Assembly: GCA_051362555.1 (NCBI GenBank)
Contig: CM120640.1
Span: forward strand, 19,902,001 to 19,966,000
From: Lingula anatina
Lineage: Eukaryota; Animalia; Brachiopoda
Length of the DNA stretch: 64,000 nucleotides
Direction of reading: 5' to 3'
Of this stretch, positions 56,501 to 64,000 are shown piece by piece. A model generated the notes under the pieces. That model saw nothing but the letters and a program-made list of their open reading frames with translations. It ran no database searches and was not told the DNA's origin. Position 1 is the stretch's first letter; each line of letters opens with the position of its first letter. The position numbers and the translations under genes are program-made.

Positions 56501-58972
56501 TTAAACATCGGAATATTGGCTGATATAAACAAATTAACATAGCATAAATTAATATACATCATAAAACATGCTATTGCGAAAAATATTATTAAAAGAAGGA
56601 GATACTCTTTTGGGAAAAGTTAATATGTATGGAAATTTTTCATTCTAGCTTTTAAAACTGAAAGTGCCTATGGGTTTCAGTAAATTTCGTATGGATTTTT
56701 TCATAAAAAATTTACCTTCTATACATACTGTTTTTTCAAAGGTACATAGATTTTTTTACTGGTACTCTTGTTAGTCATATTTCAAGCCTAACGTAATGAA
56801 ACAAAGAAAAGATGAAAACCTAAGTCAGATAGTGGTTCTTTTAATCTTGCTGACTATCATATTCATATATTAGTAATTTTTTTCCCCGAAATGTAGTATG
56901 TTGTATTCCTCTGACATTTAGACATTAACCATTCATAAAATAGATATATATATTAAGATGTTTTCATGTTTGTTCTTTTCTGCTAATTCTTTGAAATTTC
57001 ATTTCCTGGATATTAGCACATTTTTTTTTGGTTCCTTTTCAGCTTTATCTTACAGTATAATACTAAAATCAAGCAACTGTAAAATGTAGCCAGAAAGCAA
57101 GTAGATCGAGAAAAAAATATCAAAGATTGCCCTAGCTGAACATGACACTGCGGAAGACAGTGCTTGGTGTAAAATAGTACACCATCTAATCAAGCAAAAA
57201 AGAACAAGGCAAAGATGACAGAATAATCATGTTCCCAAGAAAAAGATTAAAATCCAACATGAAACAAAGAAGAGACCTGATACTTATTTTACCATCCAAC
57301 CTCTGCCGTGTGGCAGGCTGCTTGAGAATCAAGCACCAGCTATGTACACCCTGCTTACAAATCTCACAGAGGGTCAGTTTTAATTGTGTAGGTCAACAAA
57401 ATACGAGAAAATTCATCTCAAATTGTGTATAAAGAGTGGAATTGATTTAAAGCGACATGACAGGTAAAATAATGCTGATTAACTGGTTACTGGAGAAAGC
57501 AGAAAATTGGTGTGATGCGTGAGCCGACACTAGATCTTAATTTTCTGCTTGGAAAGAGTAGCCCTCCAAGTATAGTATTTATGACAGCAGGGGAAAATAA
57601 AGGATATAATCAGAGAAAAAAAAGATGTGTCAGCATTCCTTTTTCCATATTTTCTGCTTGGGAAAATCTGTTTTTCATGCTTAGTACATATGAAAGAAAG
57701 CCTCTGACAATGCATGTAATCAGAAGCATAAATACAAATTAATAATACGACCGTGGTATTTTTTTCATAATTTCGGGTTAGTTAAGTCAGTAAATCAATC
57801 AACTCTTTGCATGACAAACTTCAGCAGCACAATTAGATTTTCATGTGACATTAAATTCCTCAAATTGCATTTTTCTCACCATCTAAACAAATATAAAATT
57901 TCTAATAAAAAATCTAATAAGAAACAGAATTTTGATTTCTGCATTTAAACGTAATTATCAAAGCAGATAAAATGAAAGGAGACTCTGCTGAACAAAATTT
58001 CAACAGTTGGCATTCAGATGAGAAAATTGGTGTCAAAAAAGTTGACATAAGAAACAAAAGCTCAGTACTGAGTCCCCTGTGACCAACTGGACCATCCAGT
58101 CCATGTACACATTGACCATGCAGTTATCCAATATTTCTGGCCATGAAAAGCCACAACTGGTATCTTTGACCATTATGTTTACTTTCCTCTCTTTCTTAGA
58201 TGAATAGTGACCAAATGTCCTAAGCAATGGAACAAATAATGGGTAAGAAAAGTTTAAAGAAAAGATGGTCTCCTGCATGTAAATGAGACATTGATGAACT
58301 AGTTTGCACCCCTCTTTACACTCATGTCACCTAGTTTAAAGGTAAAAGACCAAATTCCTTCCCTATTGAAGTCAGCATAGTAAAGTTTTGTGGAGAAACT
58401 CCATCAGCCCGGTAGTGTTATTTTTCAATTAAGTCTGTTCTAACACTTAGCTTTAGCGTCAAAACAGGCCACAAACTGGAGAGAACAATTGCAAACGGGA
58501 CAAATGAAAGAGGCATTTATGGGCATGTTTTGTACTGTGCTGTTGAAAAACTGCAGAGAAATTATACATGTTAATTTATATGAAATGACACACCTGACCA
58601 GTCCTCAGTGGAAATAAGGCTATGGCTTAAATTAATTTGCATGTGAGTAATGTGTCACCAAGCATACTTACATTAATTCCAAATTTGGTATAATCAATAT
58701 TTAAGAACTTTTTGGTATAAACAATTAGTGCCAATATCCTCAACAAATATCCCTGGAGATGTACCAAATTAATTCTGACATTTAACTACAAACAGCATCA
58801 CTAGATCAACGCTGATGAATATTTTTGAAAAACTTATGCTAGTAGTCTAAATAGCCATGTCAAAACTATGGTGAAACAATGCCTTGCCTTCAAAAGCCAG
58901 ATTATTTTCTAGGTATTCTTGACCGGCAAAGTGGACAGTGACTTCTCCTCCCAGTATTGTCACCCTGTGGTT

Positions 58973-59036
58973 AAGGGAGCTAGTCTTGCTGGTGTAAGCT
59001 GACCAAAGGGGCTAGTCTTGCTGGTGTAAGCTGACC
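58973..59036. repeat. Tandem duplication, period 32 bp
   Basis: gctagtcttgctggtgtaagctgacc is identical at 58979-59004 and 59011-59036. Confidence 0.9.
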
Positions 59037-59635
59037 GCTGCCAAATCTGCTTACTGTCTAGTGTTCACAGCAGGCTGCTTGGACTACTGTGATTTCAATT
59101 ACAACAACAACAAGGGGGTGGGGCCAATGCAAAGGTTTCATTTTGATTGATTTACTCCATTCAAGACTCTCAATATGCAACACTATGTAACGCTTTTTTG
59201 ACCACCGCACTAAGCCTTATAAATGATTCTTAATAAAGAAGGAATCAAATTCTGAAATAGAAGCCCCCTCGATTAGTGCACTAAACACCATATGAGATGT
59301 ACACATTTGTAAGGGACACGGCTGCTGAACTAAATAACACATCTCAAAATAATCACTCTATAAGCATTTGAGCAGTTAACGATCCTCTGCCAACAAAGGC
59401 CTATAAAAATCCTTTAAAATAATCTAAATACAGAAAACCCAGCATTGGTTTGCCTCAGGAAGCTCCCCCAGCAAAGCAAACACCCCAAATGGAAGGACTA
59501 AAATGGAGCATATAAAAGATGAATCGAGGTTAATTCCTCATTCAATATTTTGCCATCAGATCAGGAACGGAAAAGGGAGAGGCCAGAGACCCAGTCTTGG
59601 GTACAGGCAACATACAATTGTTTATACCAAAATCT

Positions 59636-59667
59636 GAGAGAGAGTGAGAGAGAGAGTGAGAGAGAGA
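59636..59667. repeat. Interrupted (GA)n microsatellite
   Basis: gagagagagtgagagagagagtgagagagaga. Confidence 0.85.
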
Positions 59668-60184
59668 TTATATATCTAGGTGGCAGACCTGTAGAACAAA
59701 ACAAATTCAAGAATAAAAAAAATTTAATCTCTTAATTTTTTTGTGCACAATTTCAAAATTGGGTTAAAATATGCATATCAGTATTATTTAAAAATATGTT
59801 CTTTATAATCAAATACAGTTAAATGACAATTAAGAAGAGAAGTTGCTGTTTACCGCTTTGTATTGTCCTCAAATTTTATTCACCCAAAGCAAAGTAGCTA
59901 CAGTGGTCTTGCGTGCCTTAAGGGCAATATAGACAGGTGTAAGCGGGAACTGGACAAGGTGGCGCAGATCAAAAGCCAAGGCTAAATCACTTCCCAATCA
60001 ATTGGCTGAACTGTAATGTTCCCATAGAGAGAACTCAGGGTAAACATTGCTGTGCTGGACAAACAGCATGCCCCAATGAACACAGGTAAATGTTTCACAT
60101 CAGCTCTTCTGTCTTGCCACAAAAACTTGCAAAGCAAAGGCATGGCTTTTGTCCTAGACATAGGCTGGTCACAAGTGAATAGAG

Positions 60185-60201
60185 AGGTCAAAAAAGGTTC
60201 A
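60185..60201 (+). promoter_or_regulatory. DR5 nuclear-receptor element (RARE-like)
   Basis: AGGTCA-aaaaa-GGTTCA matches RG(G/T)TCA-N5-RG(G/T)TCA exactly. Motif only. Confidence 0.3.
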
Positions 60202-63200
60202 AAAAGCTAAAGAGGGACACCATAAAGCTTAACATATTTCTCAATAGTTTGACATAAAATGTCTGGAAAAAAACAATTAAACTAATTTCAAAACTACATA
60301 TATTTCGAAGCAAAAGAAGATGATTCATAAAATGTTCAAATATGGAACCTGAACAATACTCTCAATATAAAGACTTGGTCAATATTTGATATTGAAAGGG
60401 CTATAAACGTTTGACTGAAAAATCTTATAAAGAACTCCATACACTGAAGAATTGAAGAATATGCCCCATAATGCAAATAAAATGCTTTCTTTTGCATAGA
60501 CTCAAGGTAAAGACATTTGACAGATTCAGTGAGCCGAAGACTCACGTGTGTATTATAATCCTTAAAGTCAAAGCAGGTGAAAAGACGACATGACTTGAAG
60601 AAAAGCCAGTGGACATTGGTCAAAGATCAGTATAAACTTCACCCCAGGGAAGCTAATTTACCATAAACCCCACTGCCCTCTTACATCACTGAGAATTGCC
60701 CCCACAGAATCGGAGATGTTAAAGTCAAAAGTCTAGTCAGGTACGCAAATAATGAACAAGTTTGTGGGGAAGAAAGTGTCACACTGACAAGTAGTGACCA
60801 AGTTCTAACCACAATACTAACATATAACCTACAAATATGCTCAGTACAGAACCATTTATCCCCCTCCCCATAGTTTTATCAGTTCTTTTTATTTTCTCTC
60901 AAAAAAGTTTAACTCACTACAAAAACATCCACCCTAATGTATCCGACCTTTGACCTAATGCTGTGAAATCTGAACAGAGCTCCTGATTATTTTCTTAAAA
61001 GAAAGCTGACCTGCCCGCTTTGGGAAAAAATGTCAGTCTGCCCTGAATTTGGAGAGTGATGACAAAAGAGGTTGAGTGGATTCTAGGTGGTATGGCAGGA
61101 AAATCTACTAAACTTGTTGCAGATACGTCAAAGAAAACCACTTCATTAAACCAGAGAGAATTTAAGCATGTTTTTTAATAGATGAATGTTTTTTCACTAG
61201 AAAAAGCTAAATAAGTAGGTTCATTGTCTGTACAATAAAATCTTCTGCTAGCTTTCCTACTAAAAAAAAAAATAAATATTTTTTTAAAGAAAAGAACATA
61301 ATTTTATCTTATAGAAAGTATAAAAACTAGATCTGTGACAAATGTATGTGATCAGTAGTCATTGATGAACTTTCTCCTAAAAACAGGTACAAAAATGAGG
61401 TATAAGTACAATTCCCTTACCAAAATATAGCAAAGTATTAATATCAAAACAGTGAAATATCAATATTACACAGATTTTAATCAATCCAAATCAAAAGGTA
61501 TAAACAGATATTTCTAAGGCAATTGTACAAGTTACATCAGTTTCACACTTTATCTGCAAACAATATTTCATCTTTGCAGATTTTTTCCAAGTTCATTTGA
61601 ACAGAAAATTAGTGTACACGGTAACTTTTGGAGGATTAAGTGGAAAAGAACTCCCCTAATACTTTAAGTAAACTGAATGTGAACCAAACAGGAACATACA
61701 CATTCTGCATCAATAGCATTCAAATAAAAGTAAAAAACTGCAGTTTCAAAAGAAAATCCACCCATCCAATGCCACTTGTCATTCATTTTACCTTTTGACA
61801 GCTTTCTGCTTCTCTGTTTTGTTTTTGACAAAAGGGGTTTTAAAAATGCAGTATTAATACAGATGCGGATCATTCTTAAGTTTGAACTTGATGCTAAGGA
61901 TGATGTATGATGTGTGCGATGGAATATGGAACAGACACATTTTACATCACAAAGAGTCTTTGAAAGAGAAAAATATCTGACCATGAAAAACTATGAAATA
62001 TACATACAACTTACAATATGCATTGTTTTCCTGTGTACTTGAATTTTTAAAGTTACAATCCAAATGATTAAGGGATAAATTGAGAAAAACATTACTTCAA
62101 AATAAGAAGTGTCATTACATTTTTAACCATAAATCTTAATTAATGCAAATTAAAAAACAAAACAGATTTTTCTTATCTCCAATGAACCCAATAAAAAATG
62201 TACTTTTTTGGACTTATTAATAATTTTGCATTACACAAGTTATAATATGATTGTTATTATGAAAACATTCAGAGACGAAAGTAATTATTTACTATAATGA
62301 GAAAGGAAAATAACCAAATGATAATCATTTAAAATTTCCAAAAGAATATTTTATAAAAAAAACTTTGTAATTCAGTTTATTTTAGCATGAGACAGCTGTC
62401 TTCAAAAACATTTCTTTATTCCAAGGAAGAAAACGTTAGTATATAATTTCATTAAATAAAAGTTAGTGTTGAATATGTTTTTTTTTTATATTCATTACAT
62501 GTGCAAACCTGAAGATACTAAGAAGTGATTTTAAAAATGAAGACATCACAATAGTGTTTTTGACCTAAAATCTCTTCACAGTATATTCTCTTTCCAAACG
62601 AATTGGTAATGGTTAATTTAAAATTTAAAGACAAATGTGTTCTTTTGTCTACAATTAACTTTTAACACAGCAACACAGAATCTTATACCAGAAGAATATG
62701 GACACTAACATATGAAAAGATAGATATATCAAAGAGAAAAAATTTAAAAGAAAACTGGTAATAAAAAGAGAAAAAATTCCCCTGCTGTTTTACTATTGAT
62801 TTTTCTGATGAAAGATGTCTCACTCACAATCTTTTTTTTTTCTTTTTAATTTCAATGTCATGTATATCTTCACAGAAAACGTATCACATTTCCTTTTCAC
62901 AAGGTCATGTATTCTGCCTGTTATAGTATCTAATTGTGTTTTTTAATCTCGCATATTACCCCAAGGGGCCAGATCTTGCTCTAATCTACAACAAACCACC
63001 TGGTAATTTTTGGCAAACATTTTCAAGGGGGCTAGACCTAAGATGAAACTTTTTAATAATAATAACATGCTCCAAGTTTTCCCATCATTTGTCTGTTCAT
63101 TTTCTCTTTTGCTCTTCTATTTGTCCGTCTCAAAAAATGCAAAACATTTTCAGTAATCTTTCTAAAAATTAAATAATTAAAGTAAATTAATTTACATATT

Positions 63201-63357
63201 AACATTAAAAATAAAATTTTTAATTTCTTTAATTCAGAAAAAAATTACACTTAATCACATATGACAAAGGATCCCCACTGTTTCATCATGTTTTACCTGG
63301 GCAGTACAACTAAAACACCATCTTACTAGGTTTCAGAACAAAGCCCAAACAAAAATG

Positions 63358-63755
63358 GCAAGCTTGCAATTCATTGCTATTGCAAGCTTGCGGCAAGCTT
63401 GATTCGCAAGCTCGGAATTGGAACCTCGCGACGAGCTAGTAATTGAAACCTCGCGGCAAGCTAAAACCGCAAGCTTGCAGCAGGCCAAACTGCAAGCTTG
63501 CGACAGGCCAAACCGCAAGCTTGCAGCAAGCCAAACTGCAAGCTTGCGGCAAGCTTAATTTGCAAGCTCGGAATTGGAACCTCGCGACGAGCTAGTAATT
63601 GAAACCTCGCGGCAAGCTAAAACCACAAGCTTGCAGCAGACCAAACTGCAAGCTTGCGACAGGTCAAACCGCAAGCTTGCAGCAAGCCAAACTGCAAGCT
63701 TGTGGCAAACTAAACTGCAAGCTTGCACAAAGCTTAACTGCAAGCACACTGCAAC
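63358..63755. repeat. Hierarchical minisatellite: 23-bp units with palindromic core GCAAGCTTGC, arranged in a 156-bp higher-order repeat (about 2.3 copies)
   Basis: Cores at 63469, 63492, 63515, 63538 and 63625, 63648, 63671, 63694, 63717 (23-bp spacing). The block ctcggaattggaacctcgcgacgagctagtaattgaaacctcgcgg occurs at 63411 and 63567 (156-bp period). Confidence 0.92.
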
Positions 63756-64000
63756 TATTTTCTAAAGGTTAACTGCATACAAAATTGACACAAATAACTA
63801 CTGAGTAGGAGGTTTCACTCATCTATTATCGTAGATTATTGTACAGAAAATGAATAGTAATTTGAATTACTAACAACAAGGAAAATTGAAAAAAAAAAGT
63901 TGATATATACAAGCATACAAATCTATTAAGTAGTGTAGTGATTAATTTCTGGAAAATATTACAAGCAAGTGTTCCTTTTATTTACCATCAATGACAAAAA

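Larger units (their letters stand above)
16284..64000 (-). other. Long upstream intron / regulatory region of the Eya-like gene; initiator-Met exon not confidently located
   Basis: The 16283 exon begins at an acceptor and has no Met, so an upstream exon must exist. The + strand stays A-rich (sense strand T-rich) to the window end. No CpG-island-like promoter or convincing coding exon is seen. Confidence 0.5.

Noticed and set aside
92-63765. The many 60-122 aa ORFs in the supplied track as independent genes
   Set aside because: They are short, low-complexity or C/F/L/K-rich as expected for random AT-rich DNA. Many begin at TTG/GTG and none has a recognisable domain.
63333-63765. Repetitive ORFs (QACSL.../QTKLQAC...) or a CRISPR-like array
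   Set aside because: They are translations of the 23-bp minisatellite. The spacers are not unique, there are no cas genes, and the context is eukaryotic.

Overview
AT-rich (roughly 35% GC by eye), CpG-depleted animal genomic DNA that is almost entirely intronic. None of the supplied six-frame ORFs looks like a real stand-alone gene. Two small minus-strand exons with canonical splice sites (16219-16283 and 4538-4653) join in frame to give VKRARSENETTDTDITGIHTPR|SSTELQTLSPAGQIDTCNNTDSPSQHSHNTLQTNGTTD. In motif and in intron phases (0/2/1) this matches my recollection of the N-terminal exons of Eyes absent (Eya) genes, probably from a non-vertebrate bilaterian. The conserved Eya domain lies outside the window (left of base 1), so the gene call is provisional. 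The 11.6-kb intron between the two exons holds several candidate alternative first exons and microexons. The >47-kb region upstream carries enhancer-like motifs (tandem perfect Gli sites, a DR5 element, many COE-like palindromes). There is also one Harbinger/Tourist-like MITE, a hierarchical palindromic minisatellite and a few small tandem duplications. I see no evidence for a wholly new biological system. The most promising unexplored signal is the possible alternative N-terminus/microexon architecture of this Eya-like gene.
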